The notes: generated by a model from the sequence alone, not told the origin. DNA of 64,000 nucleotides from Octopus sinensis (GCF_006345805.1 NC_043006.1:18786001-18850000), one strand, 5' to 3'; counted from the first letter of the stretch, positions 39,535-53,230 are shown. Numbers and translations: made by a program.

Positions 39535-39764
39535 TTGGGGAAATTTCGAACCAGGGTTCTCATTCCTAAGGTATTTTTCGATGTTGTTGTTATCGTTATT
39601 ATTATTATTATTATTATTATTGTTGTTGTTGAATCTTGGGGTTAGTAGCCCGCGCTCTTAACCCCAAGATTCCGAAGACGATTCCAAACAGTGACCTGGA
39701 CAACCACAACAACAACATCGAAAAATACCTTAGGAATGAGAACCCAGATTCGAAATTTCCCCAA

Positions 39765-39810
39765 GACACCTGATGAAAGCTGGTGGGTATATTAGCCGAA
39801 ACGTTGTGTT
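39765..39810 (+). ncRNA. Type I hammerhead ribozyme (right arm of inverted pair)
   Basis: gacac-CTGATGA-aaGCTGG-tgggtata-TTAGCC-GAAAC-GTT-gtgtt. Confidence 0.82.
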
Positions 39811-39980
39811 AGCAACAAACAAGATGAGGACAAATATCCGTCAAATGTAAATACTGTATAATTAAGCAACTTAAAAATATACACCTCATTAAAAAAACGC
39901 AATAAGAAGAAGCAGAAAATAGCAACTAGAGTAGAAACTACTTAACAAATACGAACATGAAACAACATCCGTACCAAATA

Positions 39981-41227
39981 TTAGGTCGTCAAGTATGAAA
40001 TTTGTAGAAAAGAAAAATAAAGTTTGCAAATGATTTATAAATACAAGGAATAATTTTCTTCAACACAGTACACACATATATTGTCAATACACTTTTGCTA
40101 TTTCAGCGGTAGCTTGTCCAGCCCGGAACTGTAAAAGCCTGGCCATCTACGGTAAATAAAATCTTAGAACGTCTGTTTTACAACATCGGCGGAATTACAT
40201 TTTTCTCCTATCAAAAAGTTATCTAAATTCTGGAGGACGCCAGTAGGGGCAAGATCAGGTATGGTGGATGACGGAGAACTTCCACCCACAAAGCCTGTAG
40301 ATTTGCAAATGTCATTTTTGTGATGTGTGGTCTGGCGTTTTCTTGCAATAAAATAGGAGTGGATATGTTGACTAATCTAGGATGTGTTTTTTTTTGTAAG
40401 TTTCTGCAACATTTTGGTCCAGTTGGCTGCAATTACAATTCGGCTGTGATTGATGAGCCAGGTTTAATGAAATCATAATGGATCACACCTGCACCAGACC
40501 ACCAAACACACGCCATCTGCTTTAATGAACTTTGCTTTCTGGACTGGGTTTTGATGGCTCGCCTTTGTCTAACCATTGTGCTGGACGTTTACGGTTGCTG
40601 TACTGGATCCATTTCTCATCACGTTACAATTCGATTCAAAAGTGGTTCATTTTTGTGATGAGAAAGTAGCATGATGCAGGTTCCAAACGTTGTTGTTTCT
40701 GATTTTCCAACTTTTTCACTTTACCGATTTGAACTAGTTGAGTCTATATTGTTTGCTTGCTAACACCAAACAACAACGATAATTAACGATCACTTTGAGA
40801 TGGAACTGACTCTACGGTGCTTTTCAGTTCGTCATTATCCACCTTTGTTTCTGGTCGACCGCGTTGCTTATTTGTGAGGTCAAAGTTACCAGGACGAAAT
40901 TTTGCATACGAATTTGATAGTGTCTGCTTTGTAATAACATTAGAATGAAATACTGTATTAAAATTCCGAGCTGTCTGTGATGCTGTATTTCCAAGAAAGA
41001 ACTCATATTTCAAAACTGTACGTTTTTCGACTTATCCATCTCTAGACAAAAATAGCAAAAAAAAAAAAAACGATTTATAACTATTTTATAAAGCGCAAAA
41101 TGAGTTAGGATACAGAAATAGATGTGTCAGCTTTCTAACAAGAAATAATGATTGCCAAATTATTTTAATGGCGCAAAATGTGCAGCTGTCAAATTTTACC
41201 ATATGCCTTTCATATTTGACGGACTAA
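39981..41227 (-). mobile_element. Full-length mariner relic with both TIRs and TA target duplications
   Basis: TA|ttaggtcgtcaagtatgaaa...tttcatatttgacggactaa|TA. The minus-strand translation includes YEFFLGNTASQTARN, RGRPETKVDNDEL, PILLQENARPH and EVLRHPPY, with many stops. Confidence 0.92.
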
Positions 41228-41614
41228 TAATATATATACACCACTAAAACTAAGATATAACAATTATCACCTGTAAAACTATGACATGAAATTTGAATCT
41301 CCAGAAAAAAACTATATACACATAATTTGTTTGAAAACATATACGCTTATAGAAACACACACAAAGAGGTAGACACGTTTATATAACACACACACACATA
41401 CGTATACATATATACAAAATACACAAAACAATTGTAACGTTGCAGGGAGATTGGAACGTTTCAGCCTTCAGTAGACACTAAAGCTATGGCTACCACTAGG
41501 CCAAAGCACCATTACATCGCCATAAACGTCCAGGTTAGTTAACTTCAATGATAACATACTTAGGACTTCTCACCGAGGAAGCCAGTCAAAACAAAATCAG
41601 TTGAAATTATTATA

Positions 41615-41845
41615 TATTTCTTTACTACCCACAAGGGGCTAAACACAGAGGGGACAAACAAGGACAGACAAAGGGATTAAGTCGATTACATCGACTCCAT
41701 TGCGTAACTGGTACTTAATTTATCGACCCCGAAAGGATGAAAGGCAAAGTGGACCTCGGCGGAATTTGAACCCAGAGCGTAACGGCAGACGAAATACGGC
41801 TCCGTATTTCGCCCAGCGTGCTAACGTTTCTGCCAGTTCACCGCA
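41615..41845 (-). mobile_element. SINE family A (A1) with probable 10-bp TSD
   Basis: aattattata occurs at 41605-41614 and 41851-41860. Confidence 0.9.
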
Positions 41846-42274
41846 TTAATAATTATTATAGGAGAGGGAGAAGTTGTAGCAATTATGTGCGTGCATCAGT
41901 ATTCGCATATGTATGTGTGTTCATATATATATCACGTGGATAAAGGAGGTGATGTCTTGGTATGTATTTTTACTTAATAGCATGATAACCTAAAAGTGAT
42001 TTAAAATGAGCTTCGGCGCTCACAAACGGCAATAGGGAATGGAATCAAATGTAAAATCTAAGAAAGATGAATAAAAAATTGATGTAATGTAAGATATAAA
42101 GCAGTTACTTGTGTGGAGAAAAATGATACTGAAATAAAAACGAAGGGGAAATATGTAAAATTCAGGATGAAAGATATTATTAATAATAATGTAGGCATAG
42201 GATGTCGGTGTGGAAATTTACACACACACGCACACACACATGCATACATATGAATACACACATACACACACACA

Positions 42275-42328
<54 letters not shown>

Positions 42329-42380
42329 TGTGTGTGTTTATATATATATATATATATATACATACATATATGTGTGTGTT

Positions 42381-42461
<81 letters not shown>

Positions 42462-42685
42462 ATAATCATGCACACATAACCACAGCCATTAGCACACACA
42501 CTTATAGTGATAATAATAATAATTCTGATAACGAAAATATTGAAACATATGATTACTAATGTTACCGACTGTGAATGAAAAAATGTTTGGAAAGCACCTG
42601 AAAATTCTTAAAAAGGATTCTCGAAATTTGTTTCCCAAAAAACTTTACAGAATTTCTTAGGAAAGATCTGAAGAAAACAGCCCGT

Positions 42686-42740
42686 GAAAAACTTGTAATG
42701 ATGGTGTGGCCTTCAAACACGCCATCATTACAAGTTTTTC
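42686..42740. repeat. About 23-bp-arm hairpin
   Basis: gaaaaacttgtaatgatggtgtg...cacgccatcattacaagtttttc. Confidence 0.85.
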
Positions 42741-44169
42741 AAAAACACTTAAATATGCATTCAGAATTCTTCTTTTATAAAACAGAAAATAGTAAATAAC
42801 GTAAGCTTGGGTGTGGAGAGAGAATCATAAAACATTGCATGCTTTATTATGCGAAGAAAATTACAAAGAGAATAAAAAGGCGAACATCTTGTAAAACGCT
42901 GACAATAATGAAAATATGGACTTGAAGATTTCGAATAGAATATATTCAAGATTACAATTTAAATAGATAAATGCCAAGCAGAATATATAATATTCTTATT
43001 CCTTAACATTCCTAATACCAGGAGTAAATCTTTCTGAACCTAGCGATCATTATATGTGATGATGTATTAACACAACACATTCTAACTCATCGTAACCTTA
43101 ACACACTATATGCTTCAAACCTGTGTCGCTCCTCTCAATCAGGAAAGGATTAACCACCTTGTATCTGTGTGGTACGTAAAGGCATAGAATTAACGGCCAC
43201 TTTTTGTTAATAGACACAAATTGTACATCAGCAGAATCACTATATCAATACAAACATTTACATCGCAGAGCTACATAAATGGCAAATGTCTGACGATACT
43301 TCAAAACTACTAAAGACAATTCCAGTATATTTACTCACCCATCATGCCAAAGCAACCGACACAACTACTCTCTACAGCGTAACAATCAGAACATTTTTCT
43401 ATGTTCTTTGTAGTTGGTTACACTATAGATTTTAAATAATTTTCCTTCCGCTCTAAGCACAAAGTCAGACATATTGAGGGATGGCACTAATTGATTACAT
43501 AGACCCTATCTTTCAGAGTTCAAGTGTTTACTCAATTACTCAGTGTTTCGTTACAAGTGTGTTATTTTTTATGACACGAATATCAATAGAAATAACAGAC
43601 GAATGAGTTGGGTAAAACATATACACTTATCATTGGCTAACAAGGATTTTTATGAGTTGGATATTAAACCTTATTATGTCAGCACGGTGGTCTTAAATAC
43701 AAATAGGAGGGAATAACGCTTAGAGTCTCATCGTAAGGTAAAAACAATTAATCTGATGGAATAAAAAGGATAAGAATAATGCGTTTCTTAAGTACACTTA
43801 TACATACACGCATGTCTGAAAAACTGAAATCAGAGAAGGTGTCCTCTTGGGGTTAAAAAATTGCAGTAGAGTCCGTTCGAACGGCCAGCCAAGTTGAAGT
43901 GGCTACAAATATTATATATATATAACCTTCTATGGGTAGTCCAGAAAATGAGATTGTCCTGAAATTGAAGTTGTGTTCCTATTGGTAAAATCCAAAATTT
44001 GTAATAATATTATAATTGATACTGTTTGCTTTGCATCAGTTAAGTGTAAAATGGTAAATATCTTGATCAGCTGGAATAATTATTATTCCCTAAGATTTAA
44101 AAAAAATATTTATAAATATTATATTATGCTATCGGCTACACCTTCAGTATTTCTGACATATGTCGGTTA

Positions 44170-45205
44170 TGGACCTATCAGGTAGGATTGAATCAATAGA
44201 CTGGAACTCATCATTGAAGGATTTATCTATTCCCAGTAAGAGAGAATGCACAATAAATTTAATAGATCAAATTAAGAATTTTTTAAATAGAATAAAATGG
44301 AAGGCATACTTCCATGATAACAATAATTATAATACTAAGAATTTAGTAGATGAAGATTACTTTAGAAAAAATTTTAGATCTAAGAAGAAACCCAAAATTT
44401 AACAAATACCCGAATAGATATAACAAGCACCTAAGAAACGTAGCTAATATAATAAATAAATTTAAGAACATGGACAGAATACTAGTACAATCGGATAAAA
44501 CAAGGAACCTATATAGAGTAGATACACAACTATATGATAAACCTGTAGAAAAAGAAATAGCGAAAAAGTATAAAATTGTTAGTGAAGGTCAATTAAATAA
44601 GATTAACAACATATCTAAAAAAAATCATGACGAAATATGATTTAGAAAATAGAACTGAACCATATATTCTTATGCACCCTAGAATAACCATTAAAGACCA
44701 TAAAAACAATTTTTATTCTAACCCTCAAGTAAGACTGATATGCCCTTGTAAATCTGGTAGAGGAAAATTAAGTAAACTTATATTAGATAAATATATCGAT
44801 AAACTTAATACAGTAAGTGACCTTAAACTATGGAGTTGTTCCCGAGATACTTTAAATTGGTTTAACAATAGTAAAGATAAAAATAGGTGTAAATTTATCC
44901 AAATAGATATAGAAAATTACTATTCATCTATTAACGAGATTATTCTGAATAAGGCCCTTGTATGTGCTATGAGAAAGGTTAATATGACATATGATGAAGT
45001 TAATGTAGTACTGATGGGAAGGAAATCCCTAATTAGACATTAAAAAAAACAATGGGTTAGGAAGGACACGGGATTGCTTCGATATACACATGGGTGCCCC
45101 AGACTCGGCACAAATAACATATTTAGCAGGAATATACCTATTATCTGAACTTGGGTTAGAACATCTTAACTTAGAAGGAGGTCTTTATAGGGATGACTTA
45201 CTCCT
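44170..45205 (+). mobile_element. Penelope-like retroelement RT remnant (5' part up to the catalytic YRDD)
   Basis: SLKDLSIPS...RIKWKAYF; SDKTRNLY; ITIKDHKNNFYSNPQVRLICPCKS; DIENYYSSI; MGAPDSAQ...GLYRDD. It has frameshifts and a stop, and is truncated by (GAT)n. Confidence 0.9.
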
Positions 45206-46324
45206 AGATAACGAAAACTGCATCATCACTGATGATGATGATGATGATGATGAAGACAGGGAGAGAGAATAGAGATAGTGATATAAGTGTCGCATAGGAA
45301 TCATTAAGATAAAACGTACTTGGAAATGGATACGTGGCGTTCGATCATATAATAATATAAATAATTTATATATATATGTGTGTGTAATATACAAATAAAT
45401 ATCTGTAAATATGAACCATCCGATTTTCTGAGTACCTCATTTCTTCTAATATATATATGTAATACATAAATGTACATATCTACATATATATGTATATACA
45501 CATGCATATACGGGTGCATGAAGTTAACAAAACGTGGACAACATGAAGAACGATTACATGAAAACACAAAACATGGAAAACGAACTTTTTTTCGAACAAC
45601 GAATGAAACAAATAGAGAAACGAGACATACATATATGTATACATATATGTATACATACATGCGCGCTCTTGTGTGTTTATGTATGTATTCTTTCTCAACG
45701 TGTTTATAAGGCCTCAGATTATCTAGATCCAGTGGCATTTAATTAACGAAGAGCTGAAGTTTTGCACCTGGGTGGGATGCCAGTCCATCACAGTTTTTAT
45801 CCCAAAATGTCACTGGTATTCATTTTCTCACTGAGTAGATTGAAGCGATAAAAAATGACGTGGCTTGCTCGGGGCAACGAAGTAGAATTGAACTCGATCA
45901 TTTAACTTCGGTATCTTTACAAGACTTAACTAGTTGGTCACAGGCTTTCACAAATAATAGGCAGATGCAACTGATGAACGATCAGATATGATGAGGTGAT
46001 GATTGAGGAAGGCGCAAAATGTTAACGGCGAATAGGGAATTCTCTGTTAAGAAACGAAGCGAAATAATTTAAGAGCGATTTTAGAAAGATTGAGATGGAA
46101 ACAGCGGTAGAAAAACGCATGAATGAAAGGGAACATTAAAGAGAGCGTTAGTGAGATAGAAGGATATATCATTGTTAAGAAGAATGTTACATGAATCGAG
46201 GGTTTGGAAAAACTGTTAAATGAGAACTAATCAAATATTCACGTGTTAAATGGTGGGATAAACTTATAGATATGTATGCAAGTGCATGTATGTATGTAAA
46301 TATGTTATATACATGGCGTATGAC

Positions 46325-46358
<34 letters not shown>

Positions 46359-46840
46359 CACACACCTGTGTGTGTGCGCGTATAATACGTACATATATAT
46401 ATGTACATATATATATAATATATATATATATAAAAATAAATATAAGAGAATGGTCACTATGTGGCTCATTCTAGCACTAGAAAATCCAAAAGGTTTCAAC
46501 CACAAAAATACATGTTTCCCGTGAAAGTCAGTACGATTGTTAGCTCACACGAACAGGGCAAATAAAAATAACAAAAATACAGATTATTTTGGGACAATTG
46601 TTTCGCTATTAATGAATTAAATGTAATTTTACTTACAAAAAACCCACTTGTAGCTCCTCGGCCAAAACTATCTGGATGAAATCCACTCAATCACACGCCA
46701 GATTTTACCATAACGATAAATACACGTGTGGTTCAATTGATTACATCCGACGTTATAATTCAAATGCCCCTACTAACAGCGCGCCAAACTTTCATGGAAA
46801 CAAATACCACATTTAGAAATAAATGTAGCATAATTATAAT

Positions 46841-46995
46841 TAATTAATAAGGGTGAGAGAATTAGATACTATATCTATTCAACACCAAGTGGCCCAGTGC
46901 TTCGAGAAACCTGGATTATTATAATAATCCAGGTTTCTCGAAGCACTGGGCCACTTGGTGTTGAATAGATATAGTATCTAATTCTCTCACCCTTA

Positions 46996-47002
<7 letters not shown>
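46841..47002. repeat. Perfect 162-bp palindrome (81-bp arms, no spacer) abutting (TA)n
   Basis: Arms were compared base by base with no mismatch seen. The centre is ctggattatta|taataatccag. Confidence 0.96.
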
Positions 47003-47052
<50 letters not shown>

Positions 47053-47289
47053 CAATATATATATATGTGTGTTTGAAAAATGAGAGTGTGTTTATGTATG
47101 TATGCATGTATGTATATGTGTGTGTATGTATATGTAGGAGTGTATATACATGTGTGTGTGCGTGTGTGTGTAGCTAAATATGTAGGTAAATAGATAGGTA
47201 CATAGACAGTTGTGTACATGAGCGTGTGAATTTACGTGTTGTCTTCGTACTTTTTATAGTTTCTTTTACCATCTATTTAATCAGACTAG

Positions 47290-47672
47290 TGGAGGCGCAA
47301 TGGCCCAGTGGTTAGGGCAGCGGACTCGCGGTCATAGGATCGCAGTTTCGATTCCCAGACCGGGCGTTGTAAGTGTTTATTGAGCGAAAACACCTAAAGT
47401 TCCACGAGGCTCCTGCAGAGGATGGTGGTGATCCCTGCTGTACTCTTTCACCACAACTTTCTCTCACTCTTACTTCCTGTTTCTGTTGTACCTGTATTTC
47501 AAAGGGCCGGCCTTGTCACTCTCTGTGTCACGCTGAATATCCCCGAGAACTACGTTAAGGGTGCACGTGTCTGTGGAGTGCTCAGCCACTTACACGTTAA
47601 TTTCACGAGCAGGCTGTTCCGTTGATTCGGATCTACCGGAACCCTCGTCGTCGTAACCGACGGAGTGCTTCC
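47290..47672 (+). mobile_element. SINE family C (tail C1)
   Basis: tRNA-like head and a tail ending cgacggagtgcttcc. Confidence 0.92.
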
Positions 47673-47761
47673 ATTTCATCAGACTCATTTACATTACCCA
47701 CCCTTTTCCGTGAAACGCATATAAACGTTTCCGTTTTTTTTTTTTATTATTTCAAGGGGGC

Positions 47762-47962
47762 TGAGCCGGTAGGATTGTTAGCAAGTCGAACAAAATACTT
47801 AGCAGCATATTTTCCAAGTCTTTACATTCTGAGTTCAAATTCTGTCGAGGTCGACATTGTTTTTCCTCCTTTCAAGATCGATAACATAAATAACATTCAA
47901 CTACTGGGGGTCGATGTAATCGACTAGCCCCCTCTGCTAAAATTCTAGGCCTTGTACCTATA
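47762..47962 (+). mobile_element. Diverged SINE family A, tail variant A2
   Basis: gagttcaaattctgtcgaggtcgac...ggggtcgatgtaatcgactagcccc...ggccttgtacc. Confidence 0.7.
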
Positions 47963-49129
47963 GTACAAGCAAATATCTTAACTTCTTATTACGTAATGAG
48001 CTGGTAGAAACTTTAACGCATGCTGAGCGGCATATCCTCTTCATCTTTACATGCTGAGTTCAAAAACCATCAAAGGGTGTGTGATATTTTACGATGTACT
48101 CTATGGCTATCATTCAGAATTGCCTGCATGTAATTTATGTGTGCGATAACATCCTGCAACAATGAAAGAATCGTTGAAGATGTGTCCAAAATGTAGCCTG
48201 AAGAGTAATATTTTTGGTAAGCCTTCAAACCGAAAGTATGATATAAGACAAATATTACTGACTAGATTACTATTTGTGATTAATCTAAACTGGTGTATAT
48301 TAAGGAATCTTTCTATAGAACTTGCTTGGCCTAAGGATTTTTATTTGATTTGAAATCATTATTTCAGCCTTTTCTTCTATATTGAAAACTGATTTTATGC
48401 GTGGTAAGCCAGGCGTTGTTATTCAATCTGTAGTGTGTTTCCGCCCGCTATCCTGGAATTTTTATCTGTGCTCCCGTGAGCGTTGTTTCTTGTTTAATGC
48501 TGCAAGTTATTTAAAAATGTGGGAACTGTAACTGTGGAATGGTCCACACTGGTGATGACGATCTAAATAGTCACTATCTTCTAATCAAATAAAGATTGTA
48601 ATCCACTATCTTTAGGTCTATCGATTGCCTTAGAGTGATACACACCAGGTTAGATGAATTGATTTTACTAGTCTAGTTATAAATTTTTGTCTTCTATTAT
48701 ATTTTCGGTCTCGTGGTTTAGGAAAAAAAATCAAACTTCAGCCTACATTTTGGATATATCTTCAAAGATTCTTTTATTGGTATAGAACCTTATCGCACAC
48801 AAATTATGTAAATGAAATTCCGAGTTATAGCGATACAGAGCAGCGATAAATATCGCTTACTTTCTCTCTCTCTTAAACTTTCTTTCTCTCTCTCTCTCTC
48901 TTTTTCTCTATTAATTTCTAGTCAGAAGTAATACGCATTCACACACATACACAAGCGATGTTTCTATGTAAATTATAAATGTTACATGCATCATTATGTC
49001 AAGCTAACGCTGCTTCGAGTGTGTGTGTATATATATATTATATTTACATAAATGTGAATATATGTGTATGTGTGTATGTATATATATATGCATTTACATG
49101 CCCATATACATACACACATGTATACATAC

Positions 49130-49250
49130 AAACATGCATACATACATACATACAAACATGCATACATACATACATACATACATACATACATACATACATA
49201 CATACATACATACATACATACATACGTACATACGTACATACATACATACA
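49130..49250. repeat. (TACA)n microsatellite
   Basis: Direct reading. Another tract lies at 5512-5579. Confidence 0.97.
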
Positions 49251-49559
49251 TTCAAACATATGGCTCTATGGCAACATGAGGTTGACAATTCTATTCCGGA
49301 CCGGTCCTGTGTCTTGTGTTCTTGAGCAAGACAGTTTACTTCACGTTGCTTCATTTCACTCAACTGTAGAAATGAGTTGAAGCGTCAGCAATTTTACGAT
49401 GTATCGACCTTTAACTTTCCGTTGAATAAGATTGGTGACGTGGAGAAGGATGGGTCTTCTTCATTGGTGACAGCTGATTTCCCACACACAACCATGCTCA
49501 GGTTGTGCTTTGGAGGAGAAGCTTCTAGATGCAATCCCATGGTCATTCGCGACCGAGAG

Positions 49560-50107
49560 GGCTGCGAACTCGTGGTTGTTAGGGCAGCGGACTCGCGGTT
49601 GTAGGATCGTGGCGTTCTTGCAGAAACGTTAGCATGCCGGGCGAAATGCTTAGCGGTATTTCGTCTGCCGCTACGTTCTGTGTTCAAATTCCGCCGAGGT
49701 CGACTTTGCCTTTTATCCTTTCGGGGTCGATAAATTAAGTACCAGTTACGCACTGGGGTCGATATAATCGATTTAATCCCTTTTTCTGTCCTTGTTTGTC
49801 CCCTCTGTGTTTATCCCATTGTGGGTAGTAAAGAAATAGGTTGTAGGATCGAGGTTTCGATTCCCAGACCGGGTGTTGCCGTTGTGAGTGTTTATTGAGC
49901 GAAAAAACCTAAAGATCCACGAAGCCCCGGCAGCGGGTGATGGCGATCTCTGCTGTACTCTTTCGCCACAACTTTCTCTCACTCTTTTTTCTGTTAGCCT
50001 GCTCGCTTAGCCAGCGAGTGGCATCATTTGAAGGCTAAAGCAATGCGAAGCGCATTGTGACCAGCGATGTGTAGCAACATCTTATAGCCTGGTCGGTCAC
50101 GGTCACG

Positions 50108-50112
<5 letters not shown>
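49560..50112 (+). mobile_element. SINE C (C2) with SINE A nested in its tRNA-like head
   Basis: SINE A at 49610-49838 is flanked by the 13-bp TSD ggttgtaggatcg (49597-49609 and 49839-49851). Confidence 0.92.
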
Positions 50113-50199
<87 letters not shown>

Positions 50200-50201
<2 letters not shown>

Positions 50202-50599
50202 TGTAGGAGTGGCTGTGTGGTAAGTAGCTTGCTTACGAACCACATGGTTCCGGGTTCAGTCCCACTGCGTGGCACCTTGGGCAAGTGTCTTCTAGTATAG
50301 CCTCGGTCCGACCAAAGCCTTGTGAGTGGATTTGGTAGACGGAAACTGAAAGAAGCCTGTCGTATATATGTATATATAAATATATATATATGTATGTGTG
50401 TGTATATGTTTGTGTGTCTGTGTTTGTCCCCCCGACATCGCTTGACAACCGATGCTGGTGTCCCCGTAACTTAGCGGTTCGGCAAAAGAGATCGATAGAA
50501 TAAGTATTTGGCTTACAAAGAATAAATCCTGGGGTCGATTTGCTCGACCAAAGGCGGTGCTCCAGCATGGACACAGTCAAATGACTGAAACAAATAAAA

Positions 50600-50602
<3 letters not shown>
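50200..50602 (+). mobile_element. SINE family B
   Basis: Full-length, between (TA)n tracts. Confidence 0.92.
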
Positions 50603-50674
<72 letters not shown>

Positions 50675-50731
50675 GGTATACATGAATATATGTATATATA
50701 TATGTATATGTATATATATATATTTATTTAC

Positions 50732-50772
50732 ATACCAAAATAGTTTCGGCTATTTTTTGCTTATCAGTGGTA
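50732..50772 (-). ncRNA. Decayed hammerhead motif
   Basis: Minus strand reads tacca-CTGATAA-g..tagcc-GAAAC-tattt-tggta. The 5-bp stem I is retained, while G8 and stem III are mutated. Confidence 0.45.
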
Positions 50773-51102
50773 CAGATATATATATAAAAAAATTGGTGTA
50801 TGGTACGTAAATAAATATATTCAGAAAAGACCACACGTTGCGAAGACAATCTGGAACTCGACTGAGGAAAGACGACTCCGAATGATCCGTCCTTGTTTTT
50901 TCCTTGCCCCTCTTTTGTATCTTCTAATTGTCTGGATGTTTTGCGTTGGTTGAGGGTGAGAGGAGCGCATCATGGAAGGAGAGGGGTAGTGGAAGAGTTG
51001 AGGTAGTAGCATATGGTGTGATGGAATGGAGGAGAGCGCGGTGTTTATATTGTTTGGTGTGAGCAAGAAATGGATGAAAGAGATGATTTAAATGAATTAC
51101 GT

Positions 51103-51136
<34 letters not shown>

Positions 51137-51181
51137 AGAGAGAGAGAGTGAAATATATTTGCATATATATATATATATATA

Positions 51182-51603
51182 GGCGCAGGAGTGGCTGTGT
51201 GGTAAGTAGCTTGCTAACCAACCACATGGTTCCGGGTTCAGTCCCACTGCATGGCATCTTGGGCAAGTGTCTTCTGCTATAGCCCCGGGCCGACCAATGC
51301 CTTGTGAGTGGATTTGGTAGACGGAAACTGAAAGAAGCCTGTCGTATATATGTACATATATATATATATATATATGTATGTGTATGTGCTTGTGTGTCTG
51401 TGTTTGTCTCCCTAGCATTGCTTGACAACCGATGCTGGTGTGTTTACGTCCCCGTCACTTAGCGGTTCGGCAAAAGAGACCGATAGAGTAAGTACTGGGC
51501 TTATAAAGAATAAGTCCCGGGGTCGATTTGCTCGACTAAAGGCGGTGCTCCAGCATGGCCGCAGTCAAATGACTGAAACAAGTAAAAGAGTAAAGAGTAA
51601 ACG
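51182..51603 (+). mobile_element. SINE family B
   Basis: Full-length match. Confidence 0.93.
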
Positions 51604-51844
51604 AGTATATATGCACGTGTGTGTGTGTATGTGTGTGTGTAATGGGGGAGCAGTGAATAGACATGAGGGAGTAATAGCTATATTATATCTTATTGACATA
51701 TTTAAAATGAATTGCAAGCCCAGAACACGAAACAAATAAAAAATATAAATATGAATAAATATTTCCGGAAGAAATAGTTCTACATATAACAAATATGGGC
51801 CATTTTATGTATTGAAAATATTGCATATATTCATTTGTACTCTA

Positions 51845-52228
51845 GGCACAAGGCCCGAAATTTTTGTGGGGAGACTAGTCGATTAGATCGACCCCAGTAT
51901 GCAACCGATACTTAATTTATCGACTCCGAAAGGAGGAAAGGCAAAGTCGACCTCGGCGGAATTTGAACTCAGAACGTAACGGCAGATGAAATACCTATTT
52001 CTTTACTACCCACAAGGGGCTAAACATAGAGGGGACAAACAAGGACAGACATAGGTATTAAGTCGATTACATCAAACCCAGTGCGTAACTGGTACTTAAT
52101 TTATCGACCTCGAAAGGATGAAAGGCAAAGTCGACCTCGGCGGAATTTGAACTCACAAAGTAACGGCAGACGAAATACCGTTAAGCCTATCGCCCGACGT
52201 GTTAACGCCCCCGCCAGCTAGCCGCCTT
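51845..52228 (-). mobile_element. Tandem or nested SINE A copies (truncated A2 at 51845-51993, full A1 at 51994-52228)
   Basis: The body gtcgacctcggcggaatttgaactc occurs twice in the same orientation with different tails. Confidence 0.85.
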
Positions 52229-52436
52229 GAGAAAATTGTGTATATTGACTAAAATGAATCAATACTAACTTAAAACTAGATACGTTTATAAATTTGTTTT
52301 GCAAGATTGTTGATGAGAAATCGTGTATTGAAACAGATTTATACTTCGAGATGTTTATCTTTTGCCAATTAAACTCATGCACTATTTATTTGATATTCTC
52401 TTTTGCTTTGTTATTATTGTTATTTTTAGTGTATTT

Positions 52437-52478
52437 GTCAAAGTACTTTTGTCATGTATACTGACCTTCTTCAGTGAC
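52437..52478 (-). ncRNA. Decayed hammerhead motif
   Basis: Minus strand reads gtca-CTGAAGA-aGGTCA-gtataca-TGAC-AAAA-GTAC-TT-tgac. Stems I and II and the palindromic stem III AGTACT are intact, but CGAAA is mutated. Confidence 0.55.
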
Positions 52479-52703
52479 CCTCTGTCCTACGTGTCCCGTC
52501 TTGTTCTGCCTATTCCGGATCTATACAATTACAGATAAAATATTTTCTGTAGTATGAAAAAAAAAAGAAAAAAGTATTAAGAAGTGTCTTTATGCGCATC
52601 TTATTCAAATGTACTTTATAATTTACATGAATAATGTTCTTTCTCTCTGTACACTTTTAAAATTCAAAATCAAAAGATTGAAATCTTAACAGAATGTCTT
52701 TTA

Positions 52704-52798
52704 CATGTCTAAAACATCTTGACGCTTCAAATTATGTATTGTATTCAAATTTATTGAATACAATACATATTTTGAAGCGTCAAGATGTTTTAGACATG
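52704..52798. repeat. 95-bp near-perfect palindrome
   Basis: catgtctaaaacatcttgacgcttcaaa...tttgaagcgtcaagatgttttagacatg. Confidence 0.92.
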
Positions 52799-53230
52799 CG
52801 ACAATTTCAATATTTTATCGATAATCTATATGATTAAACAAAATATATGACTGAAAATGACTGAAAACAATACGAATTATTATGGCCGATTAAAATAATT
52901 TGCCACAGAAAAAACTGGATACCAGCAACTTAAGAATAAAAAGTTCTTAATAAAACACAATTTTTTATATCTATCAAAAACATCTTTCCTTTAGCAATCC
53001 GTTTGTAGATTGTAAATTTACTCATGCAGTATTACGATGTCGTATTTCACTGTGTATAATATAATTAATATTTCGTTTTACTAAATCATTATGGAAAACA
53101 TAAAGTGAACAAATTTGCGTTCATTAGATCTTGTAGTTGATTCGCATGCATAAGATCAAGTAAATTATATATTCTTTTTGTCTCGAATTACAATAAAGCA
53201 AGTTGAAGTATTTTAAAATATTAATACATT

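Noticed and set aside
47290-47365. tRNA-like sequences at SINE heads
   Set aside because: They have A/B boxes but no complete cloverleaf or acceptor stem, and they continue into SINE bodies, so they are not tRNA genes.
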